A DNA stretch of 17,072 nucleotides from a candidate division WOR-3 bacterium (GTDB lineage Bacteria > Hydrothermota > Hydrothermia > B15-G9 > WFZT01). Of the stretch, positions 7,327 to 16,313 are shown in pieces. The stretch lies in NCBI GenBank assembly GCA_027053075.1, contig JALUEE010000028.1:1-17072 (forward strand), in the 5' to 3' direction. A program made the translations under genes and the position numbers. Numbering within the stretch: the stretch's first letter is position 1; the number at the start of each line of letters is the position of its first letter. A model generated the notes under the pieces. It worked only from the letters and a program-made list of their open reading frames with translations. It ran no database searches and was not told the DNA's origin.

Positions 7327-9192
7327 ATGGAAACGATTTTATTAATCACGCTGTTTGTGCCACTTTTAGGGGCTATTATCAACGGTGTATTTGGCTCACC
7401 CTTTAAAAAATATGCCCACTGGGTTGCAGTTCCGGCAATAGGAATTTCCTGGCTTGGGGCACTTTACCTGCTGAAATTTGTAATGGCCGGGAACACGCTT
7501 AACGTCAATCTCTGGCAGTGGATACCTGTTAAGGATTTCAACGTTCACTTTGGCCTACTGCTCGACCCGCTTTCGGCTGTGATGATTGCCACGGTGACAA
7601 CGGTTTCATTTTTCATCCACATCTACTCCATTGGCTACATGCACGGTGATCCCGGATACAGACGTTATTTTGCCTATCTCAACCTCTTTGTTTTCTCAAT
7701 GCTCATGCTCGTTCTTGCCAACAACTATGTTCTCCTCTTTGTTGGATGGGAGGCTGTGGGGCTCTGTTCTTATCTCTTAATCGGATTCTGGTACGAGAAA
7801 AAGAGTGCCTCGGACGCTGGAAAGAAGGCATTTATTGTCAATAGAATTGGGGATGCTGGCTTCATTCTCGGTATTTTCACCATGTTTTTTGCTGTGGGTG
7901 CTGTGGACTACAAGACGGTTTTTGCAGCAGCACCGCAGCTTTCAGCGGCAATCGTTGGCTCTATAACATTTTTCCTCTTCATGGGTGCGATAGGAAAATC
8001 GGCCCAGTTCCCGCTCTATGTATGGCTCCCTGACGCGATGGAAGGTCCCACACCTGTTTCTGCTTTGATTCATGCTGCAACCATGGTTACTGCCGGTGTC
8101 TATATGGTGGCTCGAAGCAGTGCACTGTATTCTGCCCACGGTTCCATTGCAAATGTTGTGGCGAGCATCGGGGCCTTCACTGCCATCTTTGCCGCATCCA
8201 TAGCACTTGTGAATGATGACATAAAAAGAGTCCTTGCCTACTCCACAATTTCCCAGCTGGGTTACATGTTTATAGGCGTAGGTGTAGGAGCTTACGCAAC
8301 GGGAATCTTTCACCTTTATACACACGCATTCTTTAAGGCGCTCCTGTTCTTAACCGCAGGAAGTGTAATGCATGCCCTGCATGGTGAGCTCAACATGCAG
8401 AAAATGGGTGGCTTATTCAAGAAAATGCCTCACACGGGTCTAACGTTCATCATCGGAGCCCTTGCATTATCAGGAATCCCTCCACTTGCAGGATTTTATT
8501 CTAAAGACTCTATTTTGAAAGAGGCACTTGTTCGTGGTCATACCACGATTTGGTGGATTGGAACAATCACTGCGTTCATGACGGCTTTTTATATGTTCAG
8601 GCTTATTTTCATGGTTTTCTTTGGAGAGCCAAGAGACAGGGAGCTTTACGAGCATGCCCACGAATCCCCGGCTGTAATGACAATTCCACTCTGGATTCTT
8701 GCAATAGGGGCAATATCTGCCGGATGGGTTGGCATAGGAGAGGACGCAAGTCCATTCTTCAAATTCCTTGCTCCATCGCTACACTACGCGGAGCATGGTG
8801 CTCTGCTTGAGCCTGCGGCATGGCAGGAATGGCTGCCTCTTATCTTTGGTGTTGCGGGCATTCTACTCGCATGGTCAATGTACATGAAAAGAATCCCTTC
8901 ACCCGTGGGCATGGCACGTGCATTCAAGCCCATCTACAAACTCCTCAAAGGTAAGTACTACGTGGATGAAATTTACGACATTTTTATAGTGAAGCCCATT
9001 TACTACCTTGCGATAATTCTCTTCAAGCTTGTAGATCGTATCTTGATTGATGGAACTGTGAATGGAGTTGCGTGGGTGAACAGGGCAACGGGTGCAGTTT
9101 TAAACAAGATTCAAACCGGTGCGGTAAAAACCTATATGCTGTGGATCGTATTTGCGGCAACCTTAATCATGTGGTTGCAATTACTAAAATAG
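7327..9192 (+). CDS. nuoL: NADH-quinone oxidoreductase subunit L
   Basis: 621 aa with IHIYSIGYM, GWEAVGLCSYLLIGFW, KAFIVNRIGD, GKSAQFPL..WLPDAMEGPTPVSALIHAATMVTAG, HAFFKALLF and a C-terminal lateral-helix region (YVDEIY...IDGTVNG...QTG). Confidence 0.96.
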   Translation: METILLITLFVPLLGAIINGVFGSPFKKYAHWVAVPAIGISWLGALYLLKFVMAGNTLNVNLWQWIPVKDFNVHFGLLLDPLSAVMIATVTTVSFFIHIYSIGYMHGDPGYRRYFAYLNLFVFSMLMLVLANNYVLLFVGWEAVGLCSYLLIGFWYEKKSASDAGKKAFIVNRIGDAGFILGIFTMFFAVGAVDYKTVFAAAPQLSAAIVGSITFFLFMGAIGKSAQFPLYVWLPDAMEGPTPVSALIHAATMVTAGVYMVARSSALYSAHGSIANVVASIGAFTAIFAASIALVNDDIKRVLAYSTISQLGYMFIGVGVGAYATGIFHLYTHAFFKALLFLTAGSVMHALHGELNMQKMGGLFKKMPHTGLTFIIGALALSGIPPLAGFYSKDSILKEALVRGHTTIWWIGTITAFMTAFYMFRLIFMVFFGEPRDRELYEHAHESPAVMTIPLWILAIGAISAGWVGIGEDASPFFKFLAPSLHYAEHGALLEPAAWQEWLPLIFGVAGILLAWSMYMKRIPSPVGMARAFKPIYKLLKGKYYVDEIYDIFIVKPIYYLAIILFKLVDRILIDGTVNGVAWVNRATGAVLNKIQTGAVKTYMLWIVFAATLIMWLQLLK

Positions 9193-9203
9193 GAGGAATG
9201 TGA

Positions 9204-10757
9204 ATGAAACTCGATTTACTTAGTCTTGTGATATTTTTTCCGGTAATTGGCGCGATACCGATATTTTTCATGAGTCCAAAAAATAAGAAAATGCTCTTTG
9301 ACTATACTCTGCTTATCACTCTTATCGAATTCCTGTTTTCACTTTTCCTCCTGAAGGACTTTAAATTTAGCCTTTACGGATTCCAGCATGAGCATATATA
9401 TCAATGGATACCTGCCATCGGGGCAAGTTACCACATCGGCATAGATGGAATGAGCTTGATATTGATTCTCCTTACGACCTTCTTGACAGCCCTTGGCATT
9501 CTTTCATCCTACAACTACATCACCCACAAGGCCAAAGAATACGTCATCGTCATGCTCCTCATGGAAACGGGCATGATCGGTGTTTTCGCCTCACTTGATC
9601 TGCTTCTCTTTTACCTCTTCTGGGAGTTGATGCTCATTCCCATGTACTTTTTGATAGGAATCTGGGGGCACGAAAGAAGGGTCTATGCGGCATTTAAGTT
9701 TGTGATCTATACCATGGCCGGAAGTGCCCTTTTAATCACCGGAATCCTTGTTTTGTACTTCTACAACCATTCCCAGACAGGAATTTACACATTCGATCTT
9801 TTGAAACTTTACAGGTTAAATGTTCCTTATGGGCTTGCGAAGAAACTCTTCCTTGCCTTTGCCATAGCATTTGCTATTAAGGTGCCAATATTCCCTTTCC
9901 ACACGTGGCTTCCTGACGCCCACGTTGAAGCACCTACTGCGGGCTCTGTACTGCTTGCAGGTGTTTTGCTTAAAATGGGAATTTACGGCTTCCTGAGATT
10001 TGCCTTTCCTCTATTTCCAGCGGCTGCCCTGCATTATGCTCCGCTTTTCATGGCACTCGGCATCATTGGCATCATCTATGGAGCTTTTATGTCATGGGTG
10101 CAGAAGGACTTGAAGAAATTGGTGGCTTACTCATCCGTGGCGCATCTTGGATTTATCGTGCTTGGAATTTTCACATTTAACATGTACGGCACGCAGGGTG
10201 CAATCATTCAGATGGTTAACCACGGCCTTTCCACAGGTGCCCTGTTTTTCATAGTTGGAATGCTTTATGAGAGGCGTCACACGAGGCTTATTGAAGAATT
10301 TGGCGGACTGGCAAAGGTTATGCCAGTATTTTCAACTATCTTTGGTATCGTGATGCTTTCATCAATTGGGCTTCCAGGACTAAACGGCTTCATCGGAGAA
10401 TTCCTCGTGATGCTTGGAGCGTTTAAGGCAACAAAAGTTGCCGCGTTCTTCGCTGTCCTTGGTATCATTTTTGCCGCGGTCTATATGCTTACAATGTTCC
10501 AGCGGGTTGTATTCCTTAAAGTTAAGGAGAAAAATCTGGGTCTGCCGGACATCTCTTTACGAGAATTCTTTGTGCTCGCACCGATACTCGTCTTCATCTT
10601 CTGGATTGGAGTTTATCCCAAACCCTATCTCAAAATGACTGAGCCTTCGGCCCACGCTGTGATTTACCAGATTAAAAGCGCGCAGAATGCTGACAGGCTA
10701 AAGGAGCTTATCAAGCCCAATGAGATGGTTTCCATTAACAGGAGGAATGCAAGATGA
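9204..10757 (+). CDS. nuoM: NADH-quinone oxidoreductase subunit M
   Basis: Motifs FWELMLIPMYFLIGIWG, KVPIFPFHTWLPDAHVEAPTAGS, LLKMG, DLKKLVAYSSVAH and GLPGLNGFIGEF. Confidence 0.96.
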   Translation: MKLDLLSLVIFFPVIGAIPIFFMSPKNKKMLFDYTLLITLIEFLFSLFLLKDFKFSLYGFQHEHIYQWIPAIGASYHIGIDGMSLILILLTTFLTALGILSSYNYITHKAKEYVIVMLLMETGMIGVFASLDLLLFYLFWELMLIPMYFLIGIWGHERRVYAAFKFVIYTMAGSALLITGILVLYFYNHSQTGIYTFDLLKLYRLNVPYGLAKKLFLAFAIAFAIKVPIFPFHTWLPDAHVEAPTAGSVLLAGVLLKMGIYGFLRFAFPLFPAAALHYAPLFMALGIIGIIYGAFMSWVQKDLKKLVAYSSVAHLGFIVLGIFTFNMYGTQGAIIQMVNHGLSTGALFFIVGMLYERRHTRLIEEFGGLAKVMPVFSTIFGIVMLSSIGLPGLNGFIGEFLVMLGAFKATKVAAFFAVLGIIFAAVYMLTMFQRVVFLKVKEKNLGLPDISLREFFVLAPILVFIFWIGVYPKPYLKMTEPSAHAVIYQIKSAQNADRLKELIKPNEMVSINRRNAR

Positions 10758-12154
10758 ATGCCCATATCCTTTTGCCAGAAATCATACTTTCCATCACTGC
10801 TGCACTCGTTTTGATTATAGAGTTTCTAACACCAAGAAGGCTTCAGTTTATTGGAACAGTGACCATTCTTGGTATTTTGCTTGCCCTTTTCTATGACCTC
10901 TCAATGTTCAGGAATGCAGGCGTGGGCTTTTTCGGAATGGTGAAGGTCGGTCCCTTTGATAGAACCTTTGATCTTGTGTTTTTTATCGGGGCAATTCTTT
11001 TGATTTTGCTTTCCTTTGACTATTTTGTCGAAATCTCGGGTGAGTTTTATTTCTTCATTCTTACATCGCTCATTGCTATGATGCTGCTGGCCAAATCCAT
11101 TGATCTCTTTATGATTTTCCTCTCTCTTGAGACGTTGAGCTTCTCCCTCCTTGGTTTAATCGGAATTTTGAAGCAAAAGGAATTTGTGGCTGAAGCCTCG
11201 ATGAAATACTATCTGCTTGCAGCGTTTTCATCGGCGTTTTTCCTTTTTGGAATTGTGCTCACCTATGTAGTTTTCCAGACTACAAACATCTCTGAAATCT
11301 CAAATAAGCTCTTTGCGTCCGGGCTTACAGGTATTAAGCCTGCGCTAATTGTGACAGTTGTTCTCATCCTTGTAGGACTTGCCTTTAAGGTTGCAGCAAT
11401 TCCTTTTCACATGTGGACACCTGATGTTTATGAAGGTGCACCGGCACCGGTTGTTGCATTTATATCCGCAGGTCCAAAGGCTGCAGGATTTGCAATAATC
11501 CTGAAAATTATGCTAAACGGGTATCAGTCACATCCGGAGTTATGGTCATCCATCTTTGCGTATCTTGCAGTCCTGACCATGTTCTGGGGCAACCTTGCCG
11601 CTCTTAAGACCCGCAATCTAAAGAGGATGCTTGCCTACTCCACAATTGCCCATGCTGGGTATGTTCTCGTGGCAGTGGTATCAGCCAATCAGCAGGCTTA
11701 TGCGGCCATCGTTTTCTATATGCTTTCCTATACATTCATGGTCTTTGGAGCATTTTCCATTATTTCCATGCTTGGGGATTCACATTCGAATTTGGAAGAT
11801 TATGCCGGGCTCTCGAGAACATCCCCCATTCTCGCGTTTATGATGGCAATTTTCATGATTTCATTGACAGGTATTCCCACCACATCGGGCTTTATCTCCA
11901 AGTTTTACGTTTTCATGTCGGCTGCGAAAACCAATCACATCTGGCTTGTGGTCTTCGGTTTCATTAACGGTGCCATCTCGGCTTATTATTATCTTAGGGT
12001 GGTAGTTTATATGTACATGATGGATACGAGGGAAGAGCTCGCAATTCCATATTTCCCGTTTCTCAGGTCAGTGATGTGGATTGCGGTGATTTTCATTTTC
12101 TATTTAGGGCTCTTCCCGCAAAAGGTGTTTGAAATCATTATTTCGGCTTTGTAG
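10754..12154 (+). CDS. nuoN: NADH-quinone oxidoreductase subunit N
   Basis: Motifs EASMKYY, FKVAAIPFHMWTPDVYEGAP, KRMLAYSTIAHAGY, SLTGIP..SGF.SKF and ISAYYYLR; ATGA overlap with nuoM. Confidence 0.95.
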   Translation: MNAHILLPEIILSITAALVLIIEFLTPRRLQFIGTVTILGILLALFYDLSMFRNAGVGFFGMVKVGPFDRTFDLVFFIGAILLILLSFDYFVEISGEFYFFILTSLIAMMLLAKSIDLFMIFLSLETLSFSLLGLIGILKQKEFVAEASMKYYLLAAFSSAFFLFGIVLTYVVFQTTNISEISNKLFASGLTGIKPALIVTVVLILVGLAFKVAAIPFHMWTPDVYEGAPAPVVAFISAGPKAAGFAIILKIMLNGYQSHPELWSSIFAYLAVLTMFWGNLAALKTRNLKRMLAYSTIAHAGYVLVAVVSANQQAYAAIVFYMLSYTFMVFGAFSIISMLGDSHSNLEDYAGLSRTSPILAFMMAIFMISLTGIPTTSGFISKFYVFMSAAKTNHIWLVVFGFINGAISAYYYLRVVVYMYMMDTREELAIPYFPFLRSVMWIAVIFIFYLGLFPQKVFEIIISAL

Positions 12155-12196
12155 GAGGGGAGTTTGTCTCCCGAAAAAATTTAGGAGGATTAAACA

Positions 12197-13297
12197 ATGA
12201 ACGTGCCACTTTTTACGTTGAATAGACAGCATGAAGAAATTATGGATGAATTGATGAAGGCCACCGAGGAAGTGATAAAGTCCGGTAAATTTATCCTCGG
12301 TCCCTGGGTCGCTGAGTTTGAAGAGAAAGTAGCAGATTATTTAGGTGTGAAGTATGCAGTGGGAGTTGGCAACGGAACAGATGCCCTGAGCATTGCCCTC
12401 TCAGCCATTGACATCAAGCCCGGTGACGAAGTGATTACAACACCTTTTACATTTATCGCCACGGCAGAGACAATTGCCATGCTCGGCGCAAAGCCCGTTT
12501 TCGTGGATATCGATCCTAAGACCTTTAACATCAATCCAGACTTGATCGAGGAAGCCATAACTGAGAAGACAAAGGCCATTATACCTGTTCATCTATACGG
12601 TCAGGCTGCGGAGATGGACAAAATTATGGAAATCGCGAAAAAGCACAACGTTTATGTGATTGAGGATACTGCTCAGGGAATTGGTGCAACCTACAGGGGC
12701 AAAAAATTGGGAACGATTGGTGATATTGGAACTTTTAGCTTCTTCCCAACGAAAAACCTTGGTGCCCTTGGTGATGGAGGACTTGTCGTGACAAACAACG
12801 AGGAAATTTATAAAAAGGCAAAGGCCCTGAGGGTTCACGGCTCATCGGTGAAATACCATCATGAGTATCTTGGGTACAACTCCAGGCTGGACAGCCTTCA
12901 GGCAGCTTATCTTCTTGTGAAGCTTCCACACACTGACAGATGGAACGAAAAGAGGAGGGAGAATGCGGCCTTTTATAACGAGAATTTAAAAGACGTCGTA
13001 AAGGTGCCGGTAGAACGTGAAGGGAACTACCACATTTATCATCAGTACACTATCAGGACCGATAAGAGGGATGAACTCAAGGCCTTTCTTTCTGAAAATG
13101 GTGTAGGAATAGGAATCCACTACCCAATACCTTTACATCTTCAGCCTGCTTTGCGGTATCTTGGATACAAAGAGGGCGACCTGCCCGAAGCAGAGAAGGC
13201 ATCAAAGGAAGTCCTATCCCTCCCCATCTTCCCGGAGTTAACAGAGGAAGAGAAGGCCTATGTGGTAGAGAAGATAAGGGAATTTTTCGCGGGATAA
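12197..13297 (+). CDS. DegT/DnrJ/EryC1/StrS family PLP-dependent sugar aminotransferase
   Basis: Motifs GNGTDAL, GDEVITTPFTFIATA, PVHLYGQ, IEDTAQ, FSFFPTKNLGALGDGG (PLP lysine), GYNSRLD and LSLPIFP; AGGAGG RBS. Confidence 0.95.
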   Translation: MNVPLFTLNRQHEEIMDELMKATEEVIKSGKFILGPWVAEFEEKVADYLGVKYAVGVGNGTDALSIALSAIDIKPGDEVITTPFTFIATAETIAMLGAKPVFVDIDPKTFNINPDLIEEAITEKTKAIIPVHLYGQAAEMDKIMEIAKKHNVYVIEDTAQGIGATYRGKKLGTIGDIGTFSFFPTKNLGALGDGGLVVTNNEEIYKKAKALRVHGSSVKYHHEYLGYNSRLDSLQAAYLLVKLPHTDRWNEKRRENAAFYNENLKDVVKVPVEREGNYHIYHQYTIRTDKRDELKAFLSENGVGIGIHYPIPLHLQPALRYLGYKEGDLPEAEKASKEVLSLPIFPELTEEEKAYVVEKIREFFAG

Positions 13298-13563
13298 GGA
13301 ATAGAAAGGACTGCAACTTTTAAAGACTATTCGGCGAGACTAAAATTTAGGGGATTCCCTATTTTCCAGCAGAAATGTATGGTGCATGTAAATTGGATGA
13401 ATCTTTAAAGCCTTCAAGCCTATTCAAAAATTTCAAGTCGTAAGATTTAAAAAATTTGAGCTTCTGCTTCGCCTGTGATTAAGGAAAATGTTTTTGCCCT
13501 TACAGAGCGAGTATGTGGTAGTATTTTTGTTCACCATTAAACTTTTTCCCATGAATAAAAATT

Positions 13564-13616
13564 CCTCTCCCCGCATAAATTCGTTGCGGGGAGAGGTCAG
13601 GTGAGGGGTCACATTT
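13564..13616 (+). repeat. BoxC/REP-like palindromic element, copy 4
   Basis: Perfect 12-bp stem CCTCTCCCCGCA (13564-13575) / TGCGGGGAGAGG (13585-13596) with a 9-nt loop, then the tail TCAGGTGAGGGG-TCACATTT. Confidence 0.8.
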
Positions 13617-13642
13617 GATAAAAAATCCAATCAAAATCCATA

Positions 13643-13693
13643 ACTCTCCCTCTCCCGCTTTGCGGGAGAGGGGTGGGGTGAGGGTTTACATTT
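13643..13693 (+). repeat. BoxC/REP-like palindromic element, copy 5 (direct repeat of copy 4)
   Basis: Perfect 11-bp stem CCCTCTCCCGC-TTT-GCGGGAGAGGG (13648-13672), then the tail GTGGGGTGAGGG-TTTACATTT. Confidence 0.8.
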
Positions 13694-13805
13694 TATTTTT
13701 AAGATCTCCAGCTGAAGGCCCCTTCCTCACAGGCTTTGCATATCGGTAGGAAATCGTTTTCGCCTAAATACCAGAAAATCACATTTCAACCCCCTTCCAC
13801 GCTTC

Positions 13806-13834
13806 TTGAAATATGTGTCATATGTATTTATAAT
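13806..13834 (+). promoter_or_regulatory. sigma70-type promoter for dxs-mcsA-mcsB
   Basis: TTGAAA (13806-13811), 17 bp spacer, TATAAT (13829-13834), and a GAGGGG RBS before the ATG at 13867. Confidence 0.75.
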
Positions 13835-13866
13835 TCGTTGAAATCCACGGAAGAGGGGTTTTAGTT

Positions 13867-15798
13867 ATGGCAGAGAAAATAATTGAAAGGATCAACGGAC
13901 CTGAGGACGTAAAAAAACTCAGTTATGAAGAGCTTGAAACACTCGCGGCCGAGATTCGCGAGTTTATGCTCGATGTTCTATCCAGAGTGGGAGGGCACGT
14001 GGCACCCAACCTGGGCTCTGTGGAGCTCACCATAGCCTTACACTATGTGTTTAATAGCCCTGTAGACAAGCTTATCTGGGATGTGGGGCATCAGGCCTAC
14101 CCACACAAGATTCTTACAGGAAGGCGTGAGAGTTTTCATACAATTCGCCAGTACGGCGGCATAAGCGGTTTCCTCAAAAGGGATGAGTCACCTCACGATA
14201 TCTTCGGCGCAGGGCACGCGTCAACTTCGCTTTCCGCAGCCCTCGGAATAGCTGTTGCAAGGGACCTGAAAGGCGAAGACTTCAAAGTAGTGGCCATCAT
14301 CGGTGATGGCGCTCTCACCGGCGGTATGGCCTTTGAAGCACTGAACAATATCGGCTCCCAGAAGCGGGACATGATCGTTATTTTAAATGACAACGAGATG
14401 TCCATCGCGGAAAATATCGGTGCGCTTTCAAACTATCTTGTTAGGCTCAAAACCTCAAGAATTTACAACAGGATGAAAGAAGATGTCTGGGAGCTCCTTG
14501 GGAAATTGCCAAGCTCCACCCTCTCATATCGCACAAGAGACCTCATAAGAAGGGTGAAGGCAGCACTTGAAAACCTCGCAGTCCCTACCCTCATGTTTGA
14601 AGAGCTTGGATTCAGGTACGTTGGTCCTATTCACGGCCATAATATCAGACAGCTTATTGACACATTCAACAGGGTTAAGGATTTCAAAGGCCCGACGCTT
14701 GTCCATGTTTTGACACGAAAGGGCAAAGGCTACAAGCCTGCAGAAGAGAGGCTTGAGCTCTTTCATGGACTTGGTCCATTCCACAGGATTACAGGTGAGC
14801 CTGTGAAAAAACCAGGCCCCACAAAGTGGTCAAAAATTTACGGTAAAACCATCGTCGAGCTTGCCGAAAAAGATGAAAAAATTGTAGTGATCACAGCGGC
14901 CATGACACTTGGCACAGGCCTCGACCTCATGAGGGAGAAATTCCCCGAGAGGCATTTTGATGTCGGAATTGCAGAGCAGCACGCGGTAACATTCTCAGGT
15001 GGACTTGCAGTAGAAGGATTAAAGCCATTTGCTACCATTTACTCCACATTCCTCCAGAGGGCCTATGACCAGATTATCCACGATATTGCATTACAGAGCC
15101 TGCCGGTGAAATTTGCGATAGACCGCGCAGGGCTTGTCGGTGAAGATGGCCCCACCCATCACGGTGCCTTTGACATTTCATATCTGAGATTGATCCCCAA
15201 CATGGTGATAATGGCGCCGAAAGACGAAAACGAATTCAGAGACATGATTTACACAGCATCAATTTATGACAGAGGGCCAATTGCCTTCCGATATCCGAGA
15301 GACAGGGTCTATGGTCTCAAGTTAAAAGAGACATTCGACGAGATCCCCATTGGCACATGGGAAATACTAAAACCGGGCAACGACGTTGCCATTCTTGCAG
15401 TTGGAACCATGGTTTATCCGGCACTTGAAGCTGCAAAAGAATTGGAGCAAGAGACAGGAGCCTCTGTACAGGTAGTTAATGCAAGATTCGTAAAGCCCAT
15501 GGATACAGAAGTTCTTTACAACATCGTGGAATCCGGCATCAAGAAGGTTGTGACAGTTGAGGAAAACGCACTCCTTGGCGGATTTGGCGATGGTGTCCTT
15601 GAATTTCTGAGTGAAATCGGGCACCATATTGATGTAATGAGATTGGGAATTCCTGACAGATTTATTGAACATGGACCGAGAAAGATTCTTCTCCAGACCA
15701 TTGGCCTTGATAAGAATGGCATAAAGGAGAGCGTCAAGCGATTTCTCATGGGCCACACGGGGGTGAGTGAATGGCACTCTGCGAAGAATGTAAGGTAA
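13867..15798 (+). CDS. dxs: 1-deoxy-D-xylulose-5-phosphate synthase
   Basis: Motifs GGH..PNLG.VELT, WDVGHQAYPHKILTGR, GAGHASTS, TPP motif GDGALTGG...NDNEM, DVGIAEQH, YSTFLQR and DRAG..GEDGPTHHG. Confidence 0.97.
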   Translation: MAEKIIERINGPEDVKKLSYEELETLAAEIREFMLDVLSRVGGHVAPNLGSVELTIALHYVFNSPVDKLIWDVGHQAYPHKILTGRRESFHTIRQYGGISGFLKRDESPHDIFGAGHASTSLSAALGIAVARDLKGEDFKVVAIIGDGALTGGMAFEALNNIGSQKRDMIVILNDNEMSIAENIGALSNYLVRLKTSRIYNRMKEDVWELLGKLPSSTLSYRTRDLIRRVKAALENLAVPTLMFEELGFRYVGPIHGHNIRQLIDTFNRVKDFKGPTLVHVLTRKGKGYKPAEERLELFHGLGPFHRITGEPVKKPGPTKWSKIYGKTIVELAEKDEKIVVITAAMTLGTGLDLMREKFPERHFDVGIAEQHAVTFSGGLAVEGLKPFATIYSTFLQRAYDQIIHDIALQSLPVKFAIDRAGLVGEDGPTHHGAFDISYLRLIPNMVIMAPKDENEFRDMIYTASIYDRGPIAFRYPRDRVYGLKLKETFDEIPIGTWEILKPGNDVAILAVGTMVYPALEAAKELEQETGASVQVVNARFVKPMDTEVLYNIVESGIKKVVTVEENALLGGFGDGVLEFLSEIGHHIDVMRLGIPDRFIEHGPRKILLQTIGLDKNGIKESVKRFLMGHTGVSEWHSAKNVR

Positions 15799-16313
15799 GA
15801 GAAGCTACAGTACTTTACATTGAAATTGTTGACGGTACAAAAGTTGTAAAGCATCTCTGCGAGGTTTGTGCAGAAAAGCTCTCCCTTGGCCTGCCCAAAG
15901 AAGAAAAGAAGAAAAAGACAGACAAACTTTTTAATATCAAGCCATCGAGTATCAAAGAGATGTTTTCAAGCCATGTTGAGGAGAAGAAAAATCTCCAATG
16001 CCAGCACTGTCACATGACATGGGAATACTTCAAGAAGACGGGAAAGTTCGGCTGTGCTTATTGCTACGAGGCCTTTTACGAAAACTTAAAAGGGTATCTA
16101 AAGAGAATACACGGAACCTATGTCTATCATGGCAGGCCATATCGAAGGAAATCCGTACCGGTAGAAAATATCATAGAAGAGAAGCTTTCACTTGAAAGAG
16201 AGTTAAAAGAGGCAGTGGAATCGGAGGATTTTGAGCGCGCTGCCAAATTGAGAGACAGAATAAAGGAGTTAAATGAAAAAATCGTCAAACAGGAGTCTGG
16301 AAAATCTGATTGA
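15771..16313 (+). CDS. mcsA: Protein-arginine kinase activator McsA (CxxC plus UVR domain)
   Basis: Four CxxC motifs (CEEC, CEVC, CQHC, CAYC), FKKTGKFGC..CY..F, IHG...HG and the UVR motif AVESEDFERAAKLRDRI. Confidence 0.93.
   Translation: MALCEECKVREATVLYIEIVDGTKVVKHLCEVCAEKLSLGLPKEEKKKKTDKLFNIKPSSIKEMFSSHVEEKKNLQCQHCHMTWEYFKKTGKFGCAYCYEAFYENLKGYLKRIHGTYVYHGRPYRRKSVPVENIIEEKLSLERELKEAVESEDFERAAKLRDRIKELNEKIVKQESGKSD

Noticed and set aside
7327..12154. Mrp Na+/H+ antiporter or duplicated-NuoM (2M) complex interpretation
   Set aside because: The presence of nuoH, separate nuoJ and nuoK, and one each of L, M and N with Nuo-type motifs argues against both; no MrpE, F or G is present.
12155..12180. 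GGGAG-TTTGT-CTCCC hairpin between nuoN and the DegT gene as a terminator
   Set aside because: The stem is only 5 bp and is followed by an A-tract rather than a T-tract on the plus strand; read-through is plausible.
13433..13630. 65-aa minus-strand ORF
   Set aside because: It is largely a translation of repeat copy 4 (PHLTSPRNEFMRGEE), with no RBS or family features.
13564..13693. Possible CRISPR array
   Set aside because: Only two non-identical units, a low-complexity linker and no cas genes; a BoxC/REP-like repeat fits better.
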